Shown piece by piece: positions 1 to 11,300 of a stretch of DNA of 64,000 nucleotides. The position numbers and the translations under genes were made by a program. Each line of letters opens with the position of its first letter. The first letter of the stretch is position 1. Location: assembly GCA_020184695.1 (NCBI GenBank), contig JAANOX010000126.1:1-64000 (forward strand), written 5' to 3'. The notes below the pieces were generated by a model. That model was not told the DNA's origin, searched no databases, and was given only the letters and a program-made list of their open reading frames with translations. Origin of the DNA: Histomonas meleagridis 2922-C6/04-290x. Taxonomy: Eukaryota > Protista > Parabasalia.

Positions 1-1747
1 ATGGCCGTGCACCTCCATCCGGTAGGGAAGAATGAAGCTAAGGATTTCGGCGCAACAGATATATATTGAATATGTTGAATAGGCATTGATGAAAATACAT
101 TTTGCATCTCAAGTAATCGATTTAAAAGTGTCTTACGTATGGTGTCATTGGCCGATGTATTTTTATCTGTCTCAAGTAAGATCCTTCAAGCATTGGCTGT
201 ATGAAATCTGGGCCTAATGATAATGATACTGTTAATAAATGAAATACTTTCTCAAAAATGTAATGAATTACGGAGAACTTTCGTACATATGTTTTAATCA
301 TTGTTTGAACTATGGCAAAAACTTGTGGTACATCAATGCTAAGTTGTGTTGTCATTAATTCGTTTGTATATCGTAATAATGAATCTGATATTGTTTCATT
401 TGATGGATCGTCATCATTTATTAGACGAATTACATTATGGAAACACATTAAAAGAGCTGTAATCGATGGCAAACAATTATTAATAGCAGTTGCTGTAGCT
501 CTATGTACAAGTTTACATGCTTCAAATGTATAACATAATGCAATTTCATATACAACATCATGTACAATAAGATTATCATCTTCAGTAAAATGGATTAATA
601 ATTGTGGTGATATCATGGCATCAAGTAAATGTTCAAGTAATGATATAAAATGTGGCTTATATTTCATTGGATCCATATACGTGGATTCTTTTGCCGGTAG
701 TAGGTCACCCCAAATTTCAATCATCATTGAAAAATGGGGTGTCCCAAATAACTTTTCCAAGTAGCTTTGCTCAAAATTATATAAAAAGCTAGCGACTATT
801 GATTCATCAAAAAGTATCTTGTTTGAAGAAATAGTTGGCAGCAAATGGTTGGAAAGCATGAAGAATCGATTTGATGTATGCATCAGAAACTTGGTTAGTT
901 CCAAAATAAACAAATTTCCTATACTCAAAAAGGCAAAAACAACCCGCAAAAATCGAGCACGAAACTCAACAGTGTGTACAGAAAGTGCATCGTAACCTTC
1001 CTTGGCAATATCACCAACTTCTGAACGAGAATAATTGAGGAGAATTTCAACAAGTTCGGGTGAAATAAAGTTGGGCGAGATCCAGTGAAGAAATGATTTT
1101 AATAATCCAAATGCTCTTACAGTGGTTGGGAAAGGATTTTGATTTGCATCTTTGAGGATATTAACAACTTGAAATGTAATTTGAGGAACAAGAGAAACAA
1201 ATGAATGACGGAGCATTGCTCTTACCTTTGAAGAAACACTGTGATCAACAAAAGCTTGAAGTTCATCAGAAAGAAAAATAAGAAGTTGGAGACCGATTTG
1301 TATTTTTTCTGGAACACCCATGCAAGCGCTGATAAATGAAAGCCAAAAAGCCCATTCATTGGCAAAATCAACTTTCATCAATGTAACAATTGTTTTTAAA
1401 ATAAAATTAGCCGAAGACTCATCAAGCAAATGAATTTTATTGGTGAGATAATCAACAAAAAAATTACGGATTTGAAGTTTTGTCGTTGGAGAAATTGGAG
1501 AATTTTCGGGATTAGGATTCATGGAACGTGGAATCCAATATTTTGATATTGCATTATTAACAATACTACAAGCAAACCAAATTATTGAGGCATGCGTATA
1601 ATTGTTTAAAAGTTCAAATGCAATTCCACATTTTGTAATATCTGTTTTAATTAAATTAAGTTGTTGCTCTATTTGTTGAAAGCGTTCTTGTGTATCAGGA
1701 GGCCTTAAAAATTCGGCTATAAGAGCCACAACGTCTCCTGCATTCAT
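1..1747 (-). CDS. XPO6: Importin-beta-family exportin, exportin-6-like; 3'-partial, one intron (890-979) and a 1-nt frameshift near 182-187
   Basis: The N-terminus (VALIAEFLRPPDTQERFQQIEQQL...WFACSIVNNAISKYW...GLQLLIFLSDEL...AFGLLKSFLHWIS) follows the IBN_N/Xpo1 pattern and resembles my recollection of exportin-6. After MLEG at about 185, a second frame (ILLETDKNTSANDTIRKTLLNRLLEMQ...) stays open for 60 codons to the window edge, so the ORF-track stop at 122 is probably not the real end. Confidence 0.65.
890..979 (-). other. Spliceosomal intron, 90 nt, in-frame and stop-free (GTACAC...ACTAACCAAG)
   Basis: It has GT-AG ends, an ACTAAC branch-point motif next to the 3' AG and a T-rich interior. 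Removal joins EGYDALS to FLMHTS and deletes 30 residues that look out of place. Confidence 0.8.
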
Positions 1748-2242
1748 TGGTGTTTTAATGTAAAATATTCAATTTCAAAAGATGAAGTGAAGTGTTAAAA
1801 TCCTACGATAGAAAAAGATTCTTGGGCCAAATCGAAATGCTTAAACATTATTAAGAAATAAAAATATAACAAAAGTAAATCAAATTCCAAAGTATCCATA
1901 ATTCTCACTGAGAGATCTAAAATATTTATTGGCTTCGAGATTTTGTTAAAAAAAGACATGAAAAAATTGAATAAATAAAGCCAGGCAAATATGTCCGTAC
2001 GATCATTTTGCATTCAATATCCACAAGGCCTCACTCCAATGAAACGATAACTCACAAAAACACAAATTGGATGAACTGTGTAAACTTATCAATTAACAGC
2101 AAGAAAAAAGCTTCAGCGGTTATAATGAAAAAAATCACATTCAAAAAAAATGGTCAAATTATCTATCGGCCGCAGAAAAATCTGAAATTCAAATTTGGAT
2201 TTCAATTGTTGTAAAAAAGTGCAAAATTCAAAAGGAAGAATT

Positions 2243-3974
2243 TTATTTGTTGCGCCTTCCCTTCTGTTTTTGTGGTTGTGCCTTCTTTCCACCTCTGCGC
2301 TTTTGTGATGCTCTCTTCTTAAGCTTAATCCATCTTTCTGGATCCATGTGTCGCTCAGGATCATAGTTTGCTGGCTTCTGGAGCCTCCTCCTCCTTCGCT
2401 TCTTGTCTTTAATCTTCTGAAGTTTCTCTGGCGAAAATCCTTCGGTTGATCGTTTTTGTTTTCTTTTCTCAATTCCAAATTGTGATTCCTTAACAGCTGT
2501 TTCACCACGATCACCCGAAGACTTTGCGATTGGTGCTTCTTCAAGTTTATCCAAAACGTCTGCTTTGACTGATTCAAATTTAATACGATGTGCATATCTT
2601 TCGGCCATTTCAATATCATCGTTAGAAAGAGCAAGTGAATAAAGAGCAATAGAATGTGGTGAATTGCCGGATTTCATGGCTTGTTCGGCCCATTTTTGTG
2701 CTTCCTTGTAAAAACCGTTTCGTATTGAAAAAGTGGCAGCGTAAAAAAAAAAAGTCGGCTGTCTTGACAGTTGACTTCTGCAAAAACTCGAGCGCCTTCT
2801 GTGGCTTTTGTGCGGCTTCGAAGAGCTCGACTATCACAGATATGGCACGAGGGAGTGAAGAGAGCTTGGACTTTGCGAGAAGTTCGGCAGCTTCTTCGAA
2901 TTTTGATTGGCCAATAAGAATTTGGGCGTTATAAAGAGGAGAATATTCGGTTTCTTCGGCCGAAGCAGGATCAGCTGTTCTCTCAAATGACTCTGCTATC
3001 ATTTTATCGACGTTATCAAGTTTCTTGACAAATTCGATAAGAGATTTCACTTTGCCTGGTTGTCCGATTTTATGCAATATTAAGAACCTATTGATAAGGA
3101 ATGCCTCAATTTCAGATTTACGGTATTTAGAGTATACATTATTGTTATCGAAATATGACATCTTTTTCCTTGCTTGATGTACATTGTTTTCAACAACAAG
3201 ACTAGCATAGTTGGAAGCTGCAATAGCCCTTGTGTATGGACGTGAGTTTTCGTTGTCGACAATGCTTAATAATTTTTCGATTGCAGCTTCGGGTTGTTTC
3301 GCACAAATAATTTCGCATTTGAGAATGTTGAATAACTGCCAATGCATTGTCCCTTCTTTGACTTTGCTGAGTCCTAATTCGATGATTTCTTCGGCTTTTT
3401 GGTAATTCTTTGCTTGGACTAATGCACATGCAGTATTATAAATTTGTTCACTTAATGAGTCTTTGGTGAGTAAGTCAAGGAGTTTTTGAGATTCGCCTGT
3501 AATATAAAGCAAAGCAGAAGCATTAACAAGTTCATCTTCATTTAATTCGTCGATATTAATATGCTTTAAAATTTCTTGGCAACCTTCAACGTCATCAATT
3601 CTGAATAGGGCCTGTTCTTTCATTGTGATAAATCGTGGTTCTTCTTGAACACTTTGTGGTAATAAAGAAATTTGCTTTAAAACTTCTTGAAATCTTTCAA
3701 GACCATACAAACAATAGATCCTTTCAAAATCAACATTTTTGAGCTTTTCTAGGTCATGCAAAGCTTCTGCAAACTGACCACTTTTCAAATAAGCAATAGC
3801 TCGACAATGTCGAGTTTCAGCATCATCTGGAAGAAAGTTCAAAATAGCAGAAGAAATATCAATGACATCATCTTCATTATCTTCGTCAATTGCATTTTGG
3901 AGTTCTTTGAAGTATTGTTTAGCTCTTTCTTTCTCGGACATTTTTGGATTGAATAGCTCTGTTTGATCAAACAT
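2243..3974 (-). CDS. SRP72: Signal recognition particle subunit SRP72 (TPR repeats plus C-terminal RNA-binding motif), split by a frameshift in an 11-nt homopolymer at 2743-2753
   Basis: ORF 2622-3974 is TPR-like. ORF 2243-2677 carries the SRP72 motif YDPERHMDPERWIKLKKR. Reading 10 rather than 11 T gives the continuous DFFFYAATFSIRNGFYKEAQKWAEQAMKSG. Confidence 0.85.
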
Positions 3975-4695
3975 GCAAAAGAAGAATAACCCTTTTTTCT
4001 CATGAATAATGAATTTCTTTCTGTTTTAAATACTTCAACATTGTATGAGCGTTGCCTTAACATCATTTCTCACAACTTCTTTCATCTGTTTTCAAACTAT
4101 AATTTTGAAAATTTATCAAAAAAAATCGTTTAAACGATCTTATGTTGTATTAATGCTCATTTACAAAGCTATTAGCAAAATTTCGATTTTATTAACATTA
4201 TTTTTTCATATATAATTTTCAAAATTAATTATCAATATAATTTTACTCCTTTATAAATTTTGAACCAAACCTTGTTTTCTGTTAAGCCTAAATTAGCTTA
4301 TTTTGATACTACCATCAACTAGTTGGATCTTTCCCCACGCACAAACAAGTTGATAAGATGACTTATTTTTTGCCTCAATTATTCAATACAACCTCCAAAT
4401 CCGTTTTCAAAGAATAAACGGAAAATATTTTCACAAAAATGCTCTTTCTTGGCAGTTTTTTGTTCCTTTCCAAACCATATTTTCCAATTTCTTCTTAAAA
4501 TTTTTTCAGAACAATGATTCTATTACGCCACCATCCTAAAAACATTTCTTAAAACTGCACAAGCTTTGTTCAAAAGAAATTCTTTGATCTCCAAAAAATG
4601 TTACACATGTGATCTGTCAAATTTAAACAGAACAAACCCATTCAAAACATGACCATAGACACAACTGTCTTTCAAAAATTTCAGGAAGGTAAAGG

Positions 4696-4700
4696 TCATT
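4696..4700 (+). promoter_or_regulatory. Initiator-like element TCATT just upstream of the kinase ATG
   Basis: It matches the trichomonad Inr consensus TCAYW at the typical short distance from the ATG (4707). The motif is short and could be a chance match. Confidence 0.5.
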
Positions 4701-4706
4701 CAATAG

Positions 4707-5297
4707 ATGACATCTCTAAAACATAAAGTCGTTGTATGCCTTCTTGGTGGTCCAGGTTCTGGAAAGGGCACAATCTCAGAACTTATAAAGAAGAGCTATG
4801 ACGTAGGTTATATGAGCGCTGGTGAGCTCCTTAGAAATGCAGCAAAGGCAGATACACCAGAAGGTCGTTCTCTCGCAGAACAACTCAAACGTGGAGAAAT
4901 AGTTCCACAAGAGATTACTATTGGATTGCTTCGAGCAGAAATCGAAAAGCAAGAAAAATCTTTATACCTTATTGACGGCTTTCCAAGGCAAGTCGATCAG
5001 GCTCAAACATTCGAAGAAACAGTAGTTTCTCCAAAAGCTGTTCTCTTCCTTGATGCCCCTGACGATGTTCTCGTTGGTCGTCTTATGAATCGCGGGCTAA
5101 CAAGCGGAAGGTCCGACGATAATGAGGAATCTATCAAACTTAGGATTAAGGTCTATCATGAAAAGTGTATTCCAGTAAATGGATACTTTGGTGAAAGATT
5201 GCATGTAATTAATGCAAACAGACCACCTGATGTTACATTTCAAGATGTCAAGAAAGTCCTTGATAAAATACTTGAAGAAACAAGCAAGGACAATTAA
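4707..5297 (+). CDS. UMP-CMP kinase / adenylate kinase family
   Basis: Motifs: P-loop GGPGSGKGT, SAGELLR, LIDGFPRQ and GRSDDNEESIKLR (short LID). Confidence 0.92.
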   Translation: MTSLKHKVVVCLLGGPGSGKGTISELIKKSYDVGYMSAGELLRNAAKADTPEGRSLAEQLKRGEIVPQEITIGLLRAEIEKQEKSLYLIDGFPRQVDQAQTFEETVVSPKAVLFLDAPDDVLVGRLMNRGLTSGRSDDNEESIKLRIKVYHEKCIPVNGYFGERLHVINANRPPDVTFQDVKKVLDKILEETSKDN

Positions 5298-5787
5298 TAT
5301 ATTGATGTTCTTAGAATAAGAATAAATAAAATGAACTTTTTTGTTCTATGTTCTTACAAAAACATAAAAAAATTATATGTTTTTTCATATATTTAAACTT
5401 AACACTGCGCATCTTTTTTTATTATTATAATACATTTTTTTCCCTATTTTACTGGATCTTTAAAAATTCAAATTGTATAAAGACAATAAAAATATCGTTT
5501 TTGAATTCAATTGTTGTTTCATATCATTTTAAATTGGAATGATTTATTTAGCATAAATGAATAATTTCTTCATTTGCAAATTTATCTGAAGTCATACTTC
5601 CACTCTTCATAAAAAATATTGAAAACATCGAATTGATCCAAGAAATGCCTCAGAATCAAATAATATACAATATTGTATAAAATAAATATTTCTTACAAAC
5701 ATACGTTCACGCACATCATTAAAAAATAATTCGATTGGTTGTTGAATAACTGATAAATGATATTCACAATTCACGTTTATTTCTATA

Positions 5788-7221
5788 TTAAACAGAATAT
5801 CGTGCATATTCACGTTCACAAAAGACATCCCAAGTCTTCACATCAGCAACTTTGCCTTTCTTCAGGCCATCAAACATTCGATCTTGGAATTCCCATTCGC
5901 TAAACTTCTTGAAATCGACCAAAACGTTAAAGAACGTTTGCCAATTTCCTGATTCTCTTAATTTGCTAATTGTGTAACCACAATCAGCCTTACCGAACAA
6001 ATCTAAGATCTGTGAAAAAACATATTTAAATTTCACAACATCATCGCCCTCATTTTTCATCTTTTGCTTTTGCATTTTGAACAATTGGTGAACTTCATAA
6101 ATTGATATTATCCCATCACCATCTAAATCGCAGACATCAAACCAAATTCTTAAAGCTGCTTCAGATGACTTATCTTCGACAGCTAAAACAAAGAAAACGA
6201 AGTCAACAAATGTAAGTGCATTCGGATTATGCATTGGATTTGTTCTTTGGAAAATCCTTTTACATAATTCTAAAGGCATTCTATTATCATCATATGTTGC
6301 AATTTGTTCCATTGTAATTGTGCCTTTTTCTTCAACATCAATTTCCCAAAATTTGGACATTAGAACATAAAAATGTTCATAACTAAAGAAGTCGGAAATA
6401 TCAGAAATGTCTAATGCTTTATCAACAGCAACAAGGCAATCACAAAAATTTGAATTAGAAATGCGCGAAAAGTTTATCCTTCCCCTCATCTCGGGATCAA
6501 GTTCGAAAAAGATACGTGATATGATACACTTAATATAAAATGATTTGAGTGAATTTTCTTGATCTAGAAAACTAAGTGAACGATGTGTTTGAATAAGTGC
6601 TGCAATGTATGGTGCAATGTCATTTTGTGTAAGATAATTCCGATTGTTTGATCCCATGAAAATCCGAAAGATCTTTTCAGGAAGTGTTGCCTTTTCAAGC
6701 TTAGGAATTGCAAATGATAAAAATATAGAAAATGGAATTTCAAATTTTCGTGTCTTAAATATTGATGGATTTAATGAAACCATAAGTGGAAGTGCAAAGA
6801 ATGATGGAAGGCTTAAATGTTTGGTAAGAATCTCAGAAAGCATTGGTAATGTTATCATTGTATCCGTTGGATACAAATGTTGAAGTTGACTTTCAAATTT
6901 TGGTTGTGTCGGTGTGTAAAATGATGGTATCAAATTGTCAATTGATGCATTTAGAAGTGACCCACTATTTTCAAATGATTTTCGAATTCTTTGCCGTGGG
7001 CCAATTTTTTTTGTTGGCGAACGAGGAATTGTTCGCTTAATAGTTGTAACCTTTGGAACTTCAACAGGATTATAAATTATTGAAAAGAGTTGATCGACAG
7101 ATTTCTTGTGCTTTTCACCAATTGACTTAAAAATTGCAAGCTCTTCATTCTTATTTTTAAACTCAAATTCATTTAATGAAAATTTGGCATGTCGATTTGC
7201 TATTTTGGGATTATTTTCCAT
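5788..7221 (-). CDS. PP2A regulatory subunit B'' (PR72/PPP2R3 family, EF-hands)
   Basis: Motifs: FFSYEHFYVLMSKFWEID, FVDFVFFVLAVEDK...WFDVCDLDGDGIISIYEV and WDVFCEREY. Confidence 0.88.
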   Translation of the reverse strand: MENNPKIANRHAKFSLNEFEFKNKNEELAIFKSIGEKHKKSVDQLFSIIYNPVEVPKVTTIKRTIPRSPTKKIGPRQRIRKSFENSGSLLNASIDNLIPSFYTPTQPKFESQLQHLYPTDTMITLPMLSEILTKHLSLPSFFALPLMVSLNPSIFKTRKFEIPFSIFLSFAIPKLEKATLPEKIFRIFMGSNNRNYLTQNDIAPYIAALIQTHRSLSFLDQENSLKSFYIKCIISRIFFELDPEMRGRINFSRISNSNFCDCLVAVDKALDISDISDFFSYEHFYVLMSKFWEIDVEEKGTITMEQIATYDDNRMPLELCKRIFQRTNPMHNPNALTFVDFVFFVLAVEDKSSEAALRIWFDVCDLDGDGIISIYEVHQLFKMQKQKMKNEGDDVVKFKYVFSQILDLFGKADCGYTISKLRESGNWQTFFNVLVDFKKFSEWEFQDRMFDGLKKGKVADVKTWDVFCEREYARYSV

Positions 7222-7381
7222 ATTATTTTAATCTTAACGTACATGAGACATTGATTCATTTAATTTCGGTTGATGTGAAATTTTTAATGTTTTACAATAT
7301 ATAGAAACCGCATTTCGTTAAATTTAAACGTCTTAATATCATATTGGGGTACCCTAAAAATAAATAACGTGTTTTTAACTA

Positions 7382-8203
7382 ATGAGAAATCAAAATGTGC
7401 AACCAGCTCAATATGACCATTTTTGGGATGATAGAGGTACCTCTCCTTCTGCTGAAAGGCAAAGGCGTCAACTTGAATATTACAATGAATTAAAAAAACA
7501 AATTGAGGAAAAAAATCAGGCCAAAAAAGCAAAAAATATATCACAGGAAATGACCCAATATACTCCTGAAAGACAAGTTTATGACCGCAAGAGTAATTAT
7601 TATTCAGAAACATACAATAATAACACTAGAGATAGACGGAATCAAAATAATGAGAACATTAGTTATTACAGTGAACATCACCCAACCATAAGTAATTCAA
7701 TTTCAGGGGAGAACCAATTTGCTCAAACACTTTTATCTAAATTTGATGAACAGAGAAGATCTTCAAATTTATTTTCTCAAACGCAGCCAATTCAATCCGT
7801 TTCAGTTAGCCAACCAATTCCAACGTTTGCGACGACAACAACAAAATTTGAAATCTCTGGATTTGAAAAACCTTCTTTATCACCACCTCGACAATATGAT
7901 AGGAAACGAATCAAGCCAATTACTATGCATGACGCCGTATCAGTTCGCTCTTCATTAGAACGAACGGATTACTCGCCGCCAATTATTAAACGAAAATCAC
8001 CATTTGAAAGAAGTCGTGTTGCTACACCGTCAACAGGGTTTTCGTTTAAGTCCAAGAAAACTAATGCATCATTCCCTGATAGAACTGAATATTCAACATT
8101 GAATTCGTCTTCAATTACAGATTCTAATATGGCAAGTTATAACAACATCGTTGACCAGTCATCAATGATGATATATCAAAATGGAGAAGTAATGCCACTG
8201 TGA
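7382..8203 (+). CDS. Hypothetical protein, 273 aa (N-terminal coiled coil, S/T/P-rich)
   Basis: ATG-initiated ORF with no recognised domain. Confidence 0.6.
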   Translation: MRNQNVQPAQYDHFWDDRGTSPSAERQRRQLEYYNELKKQIEEKNQAKKAKNISQEMTQYTPERQVYDRKSNYYSETYNNNTRDRRNQNNENISYYSEHHPTISNSISGENQFAQTLLSKFDEQRRSSNLFSQTQPIQSVSVSQPIPTFATTTTKFEISGFEKPSLSPPRQYDRKRIKPITMHDAVSVRSSLERTDYSPPIIKRKSPFERSRVATPSTGFSFKSKKTNASFPDRTEYSTLNSSSITDSNMASYNNIVDQSSMMIYQNGEVMPL

Positions 8204-8399
8204 AATTGTTATGATATAGATTTAAAATAAATTGTTTTTATGTATCCCAATTGTTTTTTTTGAAAGAACGAATTGCTTGTGTTTAAATCACCTTCTGAAC
8301 GAAGAAAAAAAAGATTTGAACATTTTATAGTATTGACAATATTTAAAAGTTATCAAAATAAAAAGACAGATTATCATCATAAAATTATTAAATTGAAAC

Positions 8400-11300
8400 G
8401 TGGATCCATTTATTAATATACTTTCTCTCCATATTACTTCCTTAACGTTAACGGATAAGGAAGTAAAAAAAATATACAATTCAGTTAAATTTCCAAATAT
8501 TTCATCAAATGAAATTGAAAAGGTTCAATTACGCCTTTCTAGAGGATTCACATATAGCCAATCAATGTGCGATATTGATTTTTGTTTTCCTTATGATTCT
8601 ACTTCGTTACGTGTTATTTGCAATTGTAAAAAAGATTCTTCTTCAATAATTTCATTTTCAACAATGTACATATTGTATTCATATGTTGCATTTATTCTTT
8701 CAACAGAAAAAGATCTAACTTTTTTTCATAAAGAAAATTTATTAATGTTTGAATCATTAGTTGAAATAGTCAATTATTCTCCTTTAGCCAATAATACAAT
8801 TAACCAACATCTAACGCAAGTCATTAAATCTGGTCTTTTTCATCAAGCTCATTTTTCGATTTTTGAACGTTATCTCAAGATTAACAAAACACTTGACCAA
8901 AAGTGTTTAAAAATTTTTATTTTACTTTTCGATTTTTTTATTACAAAAGACGAACAATTTTCTGATTCTATTCTTTCACTTCTTTGTTATACATTAAAGC
9001 ATAATTCGAATCTTTGTGTTAGTTCATTTGGAACGAAAATTATTATTTCGATCAAATCATTCCTTATAAAATCAAATATTAACGCAATTAAAGCGCTTAA
9101 ATATTTGAAGAAATCAATTAATTGTAAATATTTAATGGATTTAATTCCATTAATATTAAAATCAACAATTAATATATTAATAAATTTAAAAGATCCAATA
9201 ATTTCTATCAATATGAAAAAAGAAGAAATTATTACGGTTGAAAAACTTCCAAATAAATTAGAACCTATTTACAAATTTAATGAAATTAATGTATTCCAAA
9301 ATGGGTTTAAAGTTAACGATAAACAATTTTTACCAGAAACGATATCACTTTTTGAAAAGCTTCAAATAAATTCAATATCAAAACGATTAAAAATCATTCA
9401 AAGGATTTCTTTAGCTTTTGAAGAAACAATTACATTATTTTATCAAACATTTTCAGATATTATACGTTTCGCACGTGATAATCGACGACTAGATATGATA
9501 TTATCTTTTTTATATACGTTAAATTTACTTGATAGCAAACATTATAAATCGGTTAAATCACTTTCACGATTTTTATATTCTGATACATTATTTAATCCAC
9601 AATATATATGTCAATCTGAAGATATTAATTCATATGAATTAAATTCTTTAAGGTCGATTGCGTTTTCATTTATATTAAAAGGTAATGAAAAATCATTAAA
9701 TGACGAAATCATAAAATTTTGTTCATATCCAAAGTTATTAAATGAATTATTATATCGATGTAACAATGAAATTGAGTCAATAATCAAATTAATTAATCCG
9801 ACTTTAATTAATACATTCACACGTATTTCATTATATTATCAAAAATTATCATATGAAAACATCACTTATTCGAGTAATGTTCGAATTGTTTTATTTTTAT
9901 TATTTTCGAATCTTTTTATTGATGATTCAATAGAAAATTCATTTTTTTCAAACGAATATTTCACAAATACTTTTTTTTCTTTTCTTTATGAAGAACAAAT
10001 CCAAAATTATATACTTCATCAATTACAAAAGTTATTATCAAAAGATTTAAATCCAGAAATAATATGTAAATCGTTAACGAAAATAATTAATTCATATAAT
10101 GAATTTACAAATTCGAAATATATTTCGTTATTAAATTCGATTATTAATATATTAAATGAAATAATTCCACATTATAATATAAATTTAAATTATTTTAATG
10201 ATATAACAAAAGGAATTTTGAATTCATTAACATTACTAAATAATAATTCGAATGAAAATCAAAAATATTTATTAAATTGTTTACAATATTTATCAAATGT
10301 TTCGAATTCTTTTCATTTATTAAAATCTGATTCAATAATAATATGTAATTCGATCATTAAAACATTTAATAATTCACCAACAAAAGAATTATTTCCGAAA
10401 TTAATACAAATAATATCAAATAATGATAACACATTTAATAATTCATCGAATTTCATCATTCAACAAGAAGAAGTTATACCAATTCTCTATATCATATATA
10501 AGAACACTAAATATATATATAAAATACTTGATTTCATTAAATTAATTTGTAAGTTTTCTATTCATAATTCAATGTTATGTCATAAAAATGGTTTTGATTT
10601 ACTTTTATTAACAGATCTAATAAAAAATTGGTTTAATAATTTAATTGATTCTAAAATCGTTACAAAAATATTTGAAATTTTTTATATAATTTCGATTTGT
10701 TCATCAGAAGAAGTTATTGTAACAAATTTTTCATCATTATTATATCCAATAGAAAACGAATGTTTTTCATCACATTTTAATATTGCTTTAGATTGCTTAA
10801 AGAGAATAATTTTAACAACATTAAGATCACCATCGAATTATATAATTTTAACAAAAGATATTTTCACTACATATAATGATATTAATATTGAAAATGGTTT
10901 TACTTTTATGTGTTGGATTCGATTTGAAACGTTTAATTCACAAAATGAAACAATTTTATTTAAAATGATTAATAATAATAATCCGAAACATTATTTAAAA
11001 ATTAGTTTTTCATTAAATTATTTAAACTATTTTCAAAAGACTTCAAAAACGGAATCAAATTTCAAATATAAAATGAGTAATAACATTAATGAATGGTCAA
11101 TATTAACGATATCATATGATAATAATCAAATCGAAATCATATTAAATAATGAAGAACCAATTAAATATGAATTACCAAAAATATCAAATTTTAATAATGA
11201 AAATGTTCAATTTGTTTTCGGTGGAATAGAAAATGATATAACAAATTCATCATCAATTTTAATTGGATCTTTTTCTTTATTTCATTTTATAGAAACAAAT

